DNA of 64,000 bases, from the NCBI GenBank assembly GCA_944387445.1, contig CALXEX010000001.1:870-64869 (forward strand). Reading direction: 5' to 3'. A model generated the notes under the pieces. The model saw only the letters and a program-made list of their open reading frames with translations, was not told the origin of the DNA and did not search any database. Within the stretch, counting starts at the first letter, position 1. Every line of letters begins with the position of its first letter. A program made the translations under genes and the position numbers. Source of the stretch: an uncultured Clostridia bacterium. Lineage in GTDB: Bacteria; Bacillota; Clostridia; TANB77; CAG-508. This document shows positions 11,058 through 20,452 of this stretch, piece by piece.

Positions 11058-12317
11058 TTACAAACCTCTTTCATCATCATTCATTAATATATTATCTACT
11101 AATGGATTGCATTCCACTCCTCTTTTTTTTGCTCTTTGTTTTTTTCCCTCTATAATTATCTTAATACACTCATCAAGATTTTCTATCTCTCCATTTTCTA
11201 TTTTTGATAGTAATGTTTCTGTTTGTTTTTGAATCCCTGTTTCTTGGTTATCATTTTTCTTTTCTTTTTCAGGTTCAATATTGTCTGCTACATAAACAAT
11301 CTTATCTAACTTGGTCATTTTATCATCAGCACCTGCAACATGAGATGATATGGCATGTTGAATTCTATCGAACTTTTCTGGATCACTATTTCTATCAAAT
11401 TCTTCTTCAAACAAAATGGCACCTACTTTTCCATGTAAAGCCCCTGGTGATTGAAAAATTTCAAAGTCGTACATTGTTACTTCTCTAGAAGCACAAAATG
11501 AAAGCATCTCTTGAGGAGTCATTGTTTTTCCTATATCATGTAAAAGTGATGCAATAACAGCCTCATCTACTGGAACCCCGTTCTTTTCAGCTAATATTTT
11601 AGCCACTTTTGCTACTCTTATCGAATGATATAATTTTTTTCTATTTTCTGTTAAATATTTTTTCAACACTTCCTTAGCATTATTAATTGTTATCTCCTTT
11701 GATTGTTGTTTTTTTGATTGTTCTTTTAATAATCGTTTGCTTCTTATTTTTTCTTTAACAAAATGAATAACTTCTTCAATACTCTTTTCATTATAATCAT
11801 TTTGTACCACCAAATCATATTGTTTACTAGCATAATCTGCTCCTAATACATTATCTCTTTCAGCCATACTTTCTTGTGTCATATATGTTTCTCTATTTTT
11901 TAAGAATTCTAGTCTTTCTTTTGAATTTGCTTGTATATATATAGAACAATCACATTGGTTTATTAACTCTGTATTAGGTAGTCTCCACCACTCTATAATA
12001 CAAGCCTTTTCTCCATTTTGTTCCTTTTCTTTGAGCTCTCTTGCAATTTCAGATTCTAGATCATTTTCAATTATTGTATAAATCTTTGAAAATATTTCTT
12101 TATTATTTAATATAACATCTAAATCAATTTCTCCATCTTTTAATATGCCCTGTCCGTATTCTGCTACAATCCTATCTATCACTTGTCCATTATTCATCAA
12201 TCTAGAAAAAATATGATCTATAGAAATAACACTACTTTTATCTATACTTTCTGTTAACTTTCTTGCAAAATATGATTTTCCACTTCCAGATTTTCCTGTG
12301 ATTCCTACTAAAATCAT
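11058..12317 (-). CDS. coaE: Dephospho-CoA-kinase-like P-loop kinase fused to a YqeK-type HD phosphohydrolase domain
   Basis: 419-aa ORF. N-terminal half has GITGKSGSGKSYFARKL and sits in the conserved position after polA. C-terminal half has HSIRVAKVAKILA...LLHDIGK...ISSHV (HD domain). Confidence 0.6.
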   Translation of the reverse strand: MILVGITGKSGSGKSYFARKLTESIDKSSVISIDHIFSRLMNNGQVIDRIVAEYGQGILKDGEIDLDVILNNKEIFSKIYTIIENDLESEIARELKEKEQNGEKACIIEWWRLPNTELINQCDCSIYIQANSKERLEFLKNRETYMTQESMAERDNVLGADYASKQYDLVVQNDYNEKSIEEVIHFVKEKIRSKRLLKEQSKKQQSKEITINNAKEVLKKYLTENRKKLYHSIRVAKVAKILAEKNGVPVDEAVIASLLHDIGKTMTPQEMLSFCASREVTMYDFEIFQSPGALHGKVGAILFEEEFDRNSDPEKFDRIQHAISSHVAGADDKMTKLDKIVYVADNIEPEKEKKNDNQETGIQKQTETLLSKIENGEIENLDECIKIIIEGKKQRAKKRGVECNPLVDNILMNDDERGL

Positions 12318-12328
12318 TGTAACTTCTC

Positions 12329-13822
12329 CTATTCTTTATTTTGTCGCATTGAGTTCGTTTGTCTATGCGACATTTTTTTGTCGGGTCCATTGGGACCTGG
12401 TCCCGATGGACCCAAATTTAAACATAAAAAAATTCCTAACAACATAAAAAATGTAAATGGTGTTCCATTTCTCCAACCTTCTCCATTTATTAAAAAGACA
12501 CTATTGGCAAATTGGCTAATTAAGGCGATTTGTACAACAAATTGTATCGTCTTTTTCTTTTGCCACATTATTAATGGGAATAACCACATAATATACCATG
12601 GTTGAAAATTTGTAATTAGTAAAAACAGAAATACCACAAAAAAATATTCTACTTTTTTCATTTCTTCTCTAAATTTTATCTGTTTCTTGTATAACAATAT
12701 TACACAGGTAAAAAAATAGATAATGATAAATACACTTAGAAATGTTGAATTTACATTAACCACCAAATTTGGTATATCAAAATATTCCATTAGTATTATA
12801 TAAAAGTTTTTAGCAAATTTTTCTTGTTGCGTCATAATTCCACTTAACACTTGGATGTCTTGTATATATAGTAAATACGTAATAGCTACTATAAATATAA
12901 ATAACATACCATATATAAAACATTTCTTCAATCTTTCCCATGGTTTTTTATCTCTGAAATAGTAAATAATGATAAATGGCAATAGTAAAATTGCAAAATA
13001 TTTTATTGCTGTAGCCAATGCTAAAAATATAATACTAACAATGAGATTCTTCTTTTTTAATAAGAAATATAAAGAAGCTAATATACAGGTTACAACATAT
13101 ATATCATTATGTACATTTACTATTCCTTCTATAAACATATAAGGATTTAATCCATATAATAATACAAATAATTTTTTTCCTGTTAATTTATAAATCAAAT
13201 AACAATTTACCAAATGAATTATCACATTTAGTAATTTAAATAGCAATAAAGCAATATCAATATTACCGAAGGAAATTCCTGCTACGATTTTACATATGAC
13301 TGTCCACACTGGTCCATATACAACCGTTGTACTTCCCCAGTCATTTTCATACCCTTTTGCTAATACTGTATCTTGTTCTAAATATTGACTATTATCTCCA
13401 CTTTCTACAAAATCTTTTATTGTTACATAATATGGATTTTGTCCATATTGACTATCTAATCTTCCTACCCCTAAATAATAAAATACATCTGAACTTAGGA
13501 ATGGTACAACAATTAAAAAGATTAATGAAATGATAGCTATATACATATACATGTGTTTATTGTTTTTGAATAGTTTTTCTCTGTTTTTTACAATTAAAAA
13601 ATAAACTATGGTTAATATAGCTAAAATTGTTATATATATTATGGTTTGCTCTATTCTATTGGTATCATTTAAACAAAATTTAAAATATTCGTTAAAATTT
13701 AGTATGGTTCTATTTTCTAATAGATAGTTTATAGATGGTATTGCAAATAAAATCGCTCCTAGCGCAAAAACGATTAAGATGATTTGTTTTGCTTTTATAA
13801 ATTCTGCTACTTTTTCTTTCAT
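12329..13822 (-). CDS. Polytopic membrane protein, possible GT-C-type glycosyltransferase. The C-terminal tail is encoded by the repeat element.
   Basis: 497-aa ORF with more than 10 hydrophobic segments. The last residues (GPSGPGPNGPDKKMSHRQTNSMRQNKE) are translated from the intergenic repeat family. Confidence 0.45.
   Translation of the reverse strand: MKEKVAEFIKAKQIILIVFALGAILFAIPSINYLLENRTILNFNEYFKFCLNDTNRIEQTIIYITILAILTIVYFLIVKNREKLFKNNKHMYMYIAIISLIFLIVVPFLSSDVFYYLGVGRLDSQYGQNPYYVTIKDFVESGDNSQYLEQDTVLAKGYENDWGSTTVVYGPVWTVICKIVAGISFGNIDIALLLFKLLNVIIHLVNCYLIYKLTGKKLFVLLYGLNPYMFIEGIVNVHNDIYVVTCILASLYFLLKKKNLIVSIIFLALATAIKYFAILLLPFIIIYYFRDKKPWERLKKCFIYGMLFIFIVAITYLLYIQDIQVLSGIMTQQEKFAKNFYIILMEYFDIPNLVVNVNSTFLSVFIIIYFFTCVILLYKKQIKFREEMKKVEYFFVVFLFLLITNFQPWYIMWLFPLIMWQKKKTIQFVVQIALISQFANSVFLINGEGWRNGTPFTFFMLLGIFLCLNLGPSGPGPNGPDKKMSHRQTNSMRQNKE
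12341..12415. repeat. Hairpin-A repeat plus GC-rich GGWCC palindrome module
   Basis: TGTCGCATtgagttcgtttgtctATGCGACA is followed by GGGTCCATTGGGACC-T-GGTCCCGATGGACCC, a near-perfect 15-bp palindrome. The block overlaps the last ~28 codons of the upstream CDS. Confidence 0.85.
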
Positions 13823-13973
13823 TATTTTCTCCTATTTTTTCTTGAACTTTAGATAAAATCTCAAAAGTTCAAGAAAATTTGTATTATACATTTTCATTTC
13901 TATTTCATTTTTACTATTTTATCAATTTTTGAACTTTAATAACTGATTCTTAAAGTTTAAATTTGATAAATTC

Positions 13974-15467
13974 CTAAAACTCAAAAAAATGAAATATTTG
14001 TGAATTATAGTTTTCTAAATAATTATATTCTGAATTTAAGAATGTTCCAAAAAAGTTAACTAATATACTGACCTCTACTAATATTAGTATAGTTATTGAA
14101 ATCACTTTTTTGGTAGTTTCCTTTTCCGTGTTTTCATACATTAAAAGCCAGATAATCATGCCTAATACAGAAAACATCCAAAAGAAATCAACAGCATATC
14201 TTTGTGCAGTTCCTCCCATATAGACTTCTAACATGCACATAAGAATTCCAACAATTGGTAAAGTTATCATCATTCCTTTTAGCATAGGATCTTTTGCTTT
14301 TTTATAATATTTGTACCAAAAAATACATCCTATGATTGTTAAATTTAAGAATACGATTCCACAGACAATACCACCATTATAATAATTTTGCGTATGTCCT
14401 TCTTGACTATAATCAATGGCTATATATGGGATTTCCTTTTGTATCTTTGGTGGCTGTACCAAATATTCATACACACCTTTTGGAATATCTTTATATCTCT
14501 CTGATAAATCTGTTACATCTACCAAAGTTAATTGATATTTTGCACCAAATTCAAAGACATTTCCAAATCTTGCATAATTGTACCACATTAAAGGAATCGC
14601 TACCATTATATATGGAACGATTATAGTAAGTACTGTCAATTTTAAATTTTTGCTTTGATATGCTTGTTTTACTATTTTATATAAAAATGGTACCAATATA
14701 ATTGACGCCAATACAAGTGTTGGTCTACACCCCACTGCCAATGCCATGGATAAACATGATAAAAATACATATTTTTTGTTAATATTTTCTTTATCTTTAG
14801 TAGCCATTAACATACATATCAGTCCCAACTGGACAAAAAAGTATCCTGCAATTAAAACTAATTCGTATATCCACATTCTCCATGTATTCCAGACATATAA
14901 TCCTGAAATACAACTTGTTATGATAAATAAAAATAACAAAATGAATGGGCTTTTTTTAAACCAACGTTTATAAATTTGAATAATCAATATAGTACTTGCT
15001 ATTATTGACAACATAACAAATAAAAAGGTTCCTGCATTTGTTGGTAAATACGTTCCTGTTAAAAGTTTATATGGCACAAATAAAAATATAGCTGGAACAA
15101 TTCCAAAATATACATAATATTGTCCATTATAATAAGCTGTATCAAAGAGATAATTTACATCTTGTGTGTGTCTTTCCTCAATATTATATGGATCTTCTAA
15201 GTTTTTCAATTCTTCTGATGGTTCTATACTTATACTGACATTTCCTTGTAGTATAGCATCAACTAAATATTTATTATAAATATCAATTTCTTCTTCCATT
15301 TCTTTTGCCATAAAATTTGGTTTTATTAATAATAAGACAATCAAAATAAAAACGAAAGAAATAATGACTATTTTTTGAGAATTTTTACCTGTATATGGTT
15401 TTCTAAATATATTTACTCTATATAATACAAATCCGATTATAATTAGAAACATTAGTATTATTAACAT
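13974..15467 (-). CDS. Polytopic membrane protein, possible GT-C-type glycosyltransferase
   Basis: 497-aa ORF with many TM segments and an extracytoplasmic loop after TM1. It lies between an FAD oxidoreductase gene and another polytopic membrane protein gene. Confidence 0.4.
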   Translation of the reverse strand: MLIILMFLIIIGFVLYRVNIFRKPYTGKNSQKIVIISFVFILIVLLLIKPNFMAKEMEEEIDIYNKYLVDAILQGNVSISIEPSEELKNLEDPYNIEERHTQDVNYLFDTAYYNGQYYVYFGIVPAIFLFVPYKLLTGTYLPTNAGTFLFVMLSIIASTILIIQIYKRWFKKSPFILLFLFIITSCISGLYVWNTWRMWIYELVLIAGYFFVQLGLICMLMATKDKENINKKYVFLSCLSMALAVGCRPTLVLASIILVPFLYKIVKQAYQSKNLKLTVLTIIVPYIMVAIPLMWYNYARFGNVFEFGAKYQLTLVDVTDLSERYKDIPKGVYEYLVQPPKIQKEIPYIAIDYSQEGHTQNYYNGGIVCGIVFLNLTIIGCIFWYKYYKKAKDPMLKGMMITLPIVGILMCMLEVYMGGTAQRYAVDFFWMFSVLGMIIWLLMYENTEKETTKKVISITILILVEVSILVNFFGTFLNSEYNYLENYNSQIFHFFEF

Positions 15468-15481
15468 ATTGTAGACCCCTT

Positions 15482-17038
15482 CTATTTTTTTATTTCATGA
15501 TATTCCTTCTCTGTATTCACTTTCCAAATATTTGATTTATCTTTTTTTTCTTCTTTTATATTTTGGGCAGTTTCTATTGCTGTCAACATAGCATGATCCA
15601 TATTATTATATCTATGTTGTCCATTTCTTCCAATACAATATAAATTTTCTATTTGATTTAAATAATTGATTAGTTCATCCATTTTTGCATATGTATCAAA
15701 ATATGCTGGATAAGCTTTTTTTATTCTTTCCATATGGTAATCTTTAACAATTGATGTCTCTTCTAATATTCCTATTTTTTTCAATTCATTTATTGCCATA
15801 TTTTTAAAATCTTCTTCCTTCATATTCCACAATGCATCATTTTCATTACAAAAATATTCTAGTCCCATCCAAACATTCTCTTCTGGTTTTTCAACTAAAT
15901 ATGGAGACCAATTATTAAAAATTTGTATTCTTCCTACTTTCACATCTGGTTCTTGTACATATATCCAACAATCAGGTACTATATTACCTAATGTTTTTAT
16001 ATTTGTTTCATTTTTTATTTTTAACTTGTCAACTAGAATTCCTATAGTTATAAAATCTCTATATGGTAAATTGCTTGCTATATTTAAGATATTTTCTGGT
16101 ACTTTCTCTTTTTCTATATTTTCTAGCAAATCTTTTAAAGGCATAGAAGATATAAATATGTCTCCTTGGAAATTCTCTTCTTTTCCTTCATGCAAACATG
16201 TTACTGATTGTATTTTTCCTTTTTCTTTTATGATTTTTTGTACCTTATATCCACGTTTTATAATAACTCCATTTTGCTCTACGATTTCAGCAAGTCTTTC
16301 CCATAATTGTCCTGGTCCATATTTTGGATACCAAAATCGTTCTATTAAAGACGTCTCTGCATTTTTGTTATTTTTTATTTTTAAAACTTTATACACCATA
16401 TCTTTTAAAATAGTCGCTATGGAAAGTCCTTTTGCACGTTGTTTCCCCCAATCTGGTGAAATTTGACTTGGATGCCTTCCCCATACCTTTTCTGTGTATT
16501 TTTCAAAAAACATACTATATAATACTTTTCCAAATCGATTGATGTAAAAATCTTCTAATGATTTCTCTTTTCTTTTAAAAATGACACTTTTTAAATAACT
16601 TCCCCCTGCTTTTATCGTTTTTTTCATTCCCATATTTTTAAAAGTTTCTAGCTTTATTTCTATTGGGTAATCAAAAAATTTTCTTGCATAATATATTCTG
16701 GAAATCCTATGTCTTACTAGCATAACATTATCTTCTTTTTCTGGGTCTGGTCCATCCTTTTCCAATTCTGCTATTCTTCCTAATACTTTATCATCAAAAG
16801 ATTTTTCTCCTTGTAAAGGCATAATTTCTTTCCAAAAATTCATAATATTTTCATCTTTTGAAAAAAATCTATGTCCTCCAATATCCATTCGATTTTGTTT
16901 ATATTTGATAGTTTTAGAAATTCCTCCTATATCTTCTGATTCTTCTAATATCATTACTTTATATTTTTTGTCTTTTGATAGTTCATAAGCAGTTGTTAAC
17001 CCTGCTGGTCCTGCACCTATTATAATTATATTAACCAT
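15482..17038 (-). CDS. NAD(P)/FAD-dependent oxidoreductase (amine-oxidase / UDP-galactopyranose-mutase-like fold)
   Basis: Rossmann motif [17 protein letters not shown]...[10 protein letters not shown]. The likely start is the Met at 17038, preceded by GAGAGGA. The ORF track starts at 17089. Confidence 0.7.
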   Translation of the reverse strand: MVNIIIIGAGPAGLTTAYELSKDKKYKVMILEESEDIGGISKTIKYKQNRMDIGGHRFFSKDENIMNFWKEIMPLQGEKSFDDKVLGRIAELEKDGPDPEKEDNVMLVRHRISRIYYARKFFDYPIEIKLETFKNMGMKKTIKAGGSYLKSVIFKRKEKSLEDFYINRFGKVLYSMFFEKYTEKVWGRHPSQISPDWGKQRAKGLSIATILKDMVYKVLKIKNNKNAETSLIERFWYPKYGPGQLWERLAEIVEQNGVIIKRGYKVQKIIKEKGKIQSVTCLHEGKEENFQGDIFISSMPLKDLLENIEKEKVPENILNIASNLPYRDFITIGILVDKLKIKNETNIKTLGNIVPDCWIYVQEPDVKVGRIQIFNNWSPYLVEKPEENVWMGLEYFCNENDALWNMKEEDFKNMAINELKKIGILEETSIVKDYHMERIKKAYPAYFDTYAKMDELINYLNQIENLYCIGRNGQHRYNNMDHAMLTAIETAQNIKEEKKDKSNIWKVNTEKEYHEIKK

Positions 17039-17180
17039 AACATCCTCTCTTAAATATGATATATACTTTTCTTCATCTTTTATTTTCATCGACCTCTAGA
17101 ATATTCTAAAGTTCATACCAAAGTTTACCAATACTATATCATATTTAATAAATTTTTTCTACAAATTCATCATATTATTG

Positions 17181-17227
17181 AAAAAAATGCAAGACACTAG
17201 ACTTTATAACTAATTTCTTGCATTTTT
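17181..17227 (-). terminator. Terminator-like hairpin after the 113-aa gene
   Basis: 8-bp stem ATGCAAGA / TCTTGCAT with a long loop, flanked by an A-run and a T-run. Confidence 0.45.
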
Positions 17228-17251
17228 AGCTTTATAAATAATTTTGTATGA

Positions 17252-17593
17252 TTACTTTTTTTCTTTTTTAAATATATCATTTGGATTATATTTTTCAAAG
17301 GCTTCTTTTTGTTTTCGCCTTTCTACACTTTTCTCTTTTGCTTTGATAATTTTCTTTTCTTCTTCTGTTGCCATATATTGTTTATACACAATTGCCAGTA
17401 ATATATTTGTATCTTCTAACAAATTATTTTTATAAATATCTTCAATTGTAACTTCATGTTTGCTATCCATATTTTCTTTTATGAAATCCCATATTTTTTC
17501 TGGTATTTTGTCTTTACTCTCTTGTGGCAACATATCTAAAATTTGATAGCCTTCTTTATATGCTTTTGAATGTAAATGATATAAATCTTTCAT
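17252..17593 (-). CDS. Small uncharacterised protein, paralog of the 31345-31785 product
   Basis: Shares the blocks YQ(V/I)L, DK(L/I)P, IEDI, LAI(I/V) and KYN(S/P)(E/N)DIFKK with the 146-aa protein. GAGGGA RBS precedes the second Met (17593). It follows the upstream stop codon directly. Confidence 0.6.
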   Translation of the reverse strand: MKDLYHLHSKAYKEGYQILDMLPQESKDKIPEKIWDFIKENMDSKHEVTIEDIYKNNLLEDTNILLAIVYKQYMATEEEKKIIKAKEKSVERRKQKEAFEKYNPNDIFKKEKK

Positions 17594-17608
17594 TTTAAAT
17601 TCCCTCAT

Positions 17609-19297
17609 CTACTTTGATTTTTCTGTTTTTGTTGGGCTTCCTTTTTCTGGTGTAGGAATTTCTCCATTTCCTGCAACAATTCCTACTGCTCTCCTCATTG
17701 CTTTTTTTGCTATTTTTTCTGCTTTTTGTTGTGCTAAAGCCAATATATAATCATTTGCAGATCCATCTAGTTCTACTAAATCACCTGTTTTAAAGCCTTC
17801 ATATGGTTTCCCTGTCTTTTTCAATTCTGCTTTTAATTCTTTACTTTCTTCAGAATCTTTATCTGCTATGACTGCATTTTCTCCATGTGCATAAGCTGTT
17901 GTTAGCATTGTAATATCATTTGTTCCATCACCGATACATGTGAAGTTACCTCGTATATCTTCTCTTTTTTTATTTCCCTGTATTGCCAATTGAGAAAGTT
18001 TTAACACAGATGTTGCTTTATGAATGCCACTAGGAGCTAAATCTACTGAATAATTCCCATCATCTAGTGATTGATAATTTAATTGTACTTTTAAATGATT
18101 GTTTTCTATATATTCTCTTATTTCTTCTACTGCCTGTACAGAAGAAACTCTAAGTGATAAGCTTAAAATTTCTTTTTCTGTATCTGTTAAACTTTGAACA
18201 ACATCTTTTGAAAAAATTCTTGTTCCCAGTTTTCTTTCATATGCCTTTGATTTTTCAGTATATGGACAATCTTGTAATACAACAACATCTCCTGTACTAA
18301 ATTCTATTTCATCTTTTCCAGCTTTTCCACTGGTTACCATATCATTAATTAAATCTAACATTTCCTCTTTTGGTAGCCTTTCCTCTGTTACATAGGTTTT
18401 ATCAATTGTATTATAAATAAATCCATTATCTCCTATAATGTATTTTGGTACAGGTATTCCTTTATCTTCTAAAATTTTCACAATTTCTCCAGCTGGTCTT
18501 GCTGTTGTAATAACAAACAATCCATTACTTTTGCCTTCTATTAAGGTAATCGCTTCTGCTAATGTTTTACATCCTTCTTCTGTTTCTAAATCCAATGTAC
18601 CATCTTTATCTGAAAATACGATATAATCTTTATTGTCAATCATTCCTCTGTCTTTTATTTCACGTTTACGTTCAGGATGTTCTTTCTTCCATTTATATTT
18701 TTCTTTTTCTGTTGGAAACTCTACTACAAAGCTGTCTTTTTGCTCTTGTGTTAATTCCTTTTTTGTTCTAATTCCCGTTTCTCCTGTTTCTGCTTTCACA
18801 ATATCCAATTTTTCTTCTAAATTGTCTATGATTAATTCTCCAAAAAAATGCTCATATTCATGCATAAATATCATAGAATCCGCAACTGAGAAAGGAATTG
18901 TTAACTCATTTCCATCTAAATCTTGTGCCTTTACTGTAATTCTAAAAGGTCTATTTTTAAATGTCCAATAATAGTGATCATCATAATCTATTGAAAAGCA
19001 ACCTTCTTCTTCCTTTGAAACACCTTGCATATGTATAATTTCTGGATTAACCAAAACTAATTGTGTATTTCTATCCTCAAAAGTCTTTATTGCCATTATT
19101 CTCTTTAAATTTCCTAATTGTGGTGCTGAAAATCCAGCAGCTCCATTTTGCCTCTCTACCTCTTCCATTAAAACCATTGCAAGCGTTCTTGCTTCTTCTT
19201 TTCCTTCTTCACTTGTCATATCAATTTTTTCTGAATGTTTTCTTAAAATTCCTTTATCTTCTGGATTTACATATTTTAAAACTTTTGGTTTTTCCAT
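17609..19297 (-). CDS. Peptide-deformylase-like domain fused to a Cof-type HAD phosphatase domain
   Basis: 562-aa ORF. N-terminal domain has the PDF motifs GAAGFSAPQLG, EGCFS and HEYEH. C-terminal domain has the HAD motifs FSDKDGTLD and GDGTNDITM. Confidence 0.7.
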   Translation of the reverse strand: MEKPKVLKYVNPEDKGILRKHSEKIDMTSEEGKEEARTLAMVLMEEVERQNGAAGFSAPQLGNLKRIMAIKTFEDRNTQLVLVNPEIIHMQGVSKEEEGCFSIDYDDHYYWTFKNRPFRITVKAQDLDGNELTIPFSVADSMIFMHEYEHFFGELIIDNLEEKLDIVKAETGETGIRTKKELTQEQKDSFVVEFPTEKEKYKWKKEHPERKREIKDRGMIDNKDYIVFSDKDGTLDLETEEGCKTLAEAITLIEGKSNGLFVITTARPAGEIVKILEDKGIPVPKYIIGDNGFIYNTIDKTYVTEERLPKEEMLDLINDMVTSGKAGKDEIEFSTGDVVVLQDCPYTEKSKAYERKLGTRIFSKDVVQSLTDTEKEILSLSLRVSSVQAVEEIREYIENNHLKVQLNYQSLDDGNYSVDLAPSGIHKATSVLKLSQLAIQGNKKREDIRGNFTCIGDGTNDITMLTTAYAHGENAVIADKDSEESKELKAELKKTGKPYEGFKTGDLVELDGSANDYILALAQQKAEKIAKKAMRRAVGIVAGNGEIPTPEKGSPTKTEKSK

Positions 19298-19394
19298 TTT
19301 TACTTTTTCTCCTTTTATTTTATATATAAAATACGTCTCCTATAAATTTTATCATATTTTTAATACATTGTCTACTTTTTTTGTAAACCTTTTA

Positions 19395-19423
19395 TTGACA
19401 TCTTTCCTATTTTATCATATACT
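19395..19423 (+). promoter_or_regulatory. Sigma-A-type promoter for the PfkB-family kinase gene
   Basis: TTGACA, 17-nt spacer, TATACT. It lies about 35 nt upstream of the RBS AAGGAGG. Confidence 0.5.
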
Positions 19424-19457
19424 TGGCTTATAATTGATATGTAAGGAGGTTCCTTTT

Positions 19458-20360
19458 ATGAACAATAAAATCTTTATATCTCATGCAGATATTATATTAG
19501 ATAAAATATATGATGCCGATTTTAATCTTGTAAAACAAGACGGTGGCGGTTGCAATTGGAATGATTTATATAATTTAAGTTTAATGGGAGAAACTTGCTA
19601 TGCCTTTGGAAGTTGTGGAAATGACGAAGAAGGAAAAATCGCACTGGATTCCTTAAAACGTGCAGGTGTTAATACAGACAATGTTTTAATTGATGATACC
19701 ATCAGAACAGATATCATGAATATTTTACTTCCAGCATCCTCTTCTCTTGATGACAATGATGTCATTCATACTTGGTATTCTCCTATTACCAATAAAAGTA
19801 CGATGCATTTTTCTGATAATTTACCATTAGACATTCCTGAAGAATTTAAAGGTAAAGAAATTTACATTATTTTAGATAAATTTGAAAATATTAATTATGA
19901 ATTTTTACAAAAAATTGATAACAAAAAAGTATGTTTAGATGTTGGTGCAGAAGAATTTATTGAATATTATACAAATCAATATTTAATTAATTTCTTTAGA
20001 CAAGCTAATCTGATGCAATTAAATCATGTAATTTGTGATTATTTATTTAAGAAATTTAAAATAAAGAATGAAGTTGAATTCTTTAACATGTTGAATTTAG
20101 ATTTGCTTGTGATAACCAATGGAAAAAAAGGTGCTAAATTCTTATACAAAGAAAACAACCAATTACAAATAATTGATAAAACACCTTCTATAATTGTAGA
20201 TGCAGTTGATACCTCTGGTGCAGGAGATGCTTTCTTTTCTACTGTCATTAGAGAATATGCTTATTGTGAAAAAATTGATAAAAATTTTATTGATAAAACT
20301 TTTGAACTTGCGAATAAATCTTCTAGAGATATTATTGCACAAGTTGGTAGTAGAAAGTAA
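19458..20360 (+). CDS. PfkB-family carbohydrate/nucleoside kinase
   Basis: C-terminal DTSGAGDAF motif. The start at 19458 is preceded by AAGGAGG. The ORF track starts at 19434. Confidence 0.7.
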   Translation: MNNKIFISHADIILDKIYDADFNLVKQDGGGCNWNDLYNLSLMGETCYAFGSCGNDEEGKIALDSLKRAGVNTDNVLIDDTIRTDIMNILLPASSSLDDNDVIHTWYSPITNKSTMHFSDNLPLDIPEEFKGKEIYIILDKFENINYEFLQKIDNKKVCLDVGAEEFIEYYTNQYLINFFRQANLMQLNHVICDYLFKKFKIKNEVEFFNMLNLDLLVITNGKKGAKFLYKENNQLQIIDKTPSIIVDAVDTSGAGDAFFSTVIREYAYCEKIDKNFIDKTFELANKSSRDIIAQVGSRK

Positions 20361-20452
20361 ACTTTTTAAACTTTTTAGGATATTCTTTAAAAATTAAAGA
20401 ATATCCTAAAATTTTACATTATCAGAAAATCTATATCTCCAGATTAATTCCT

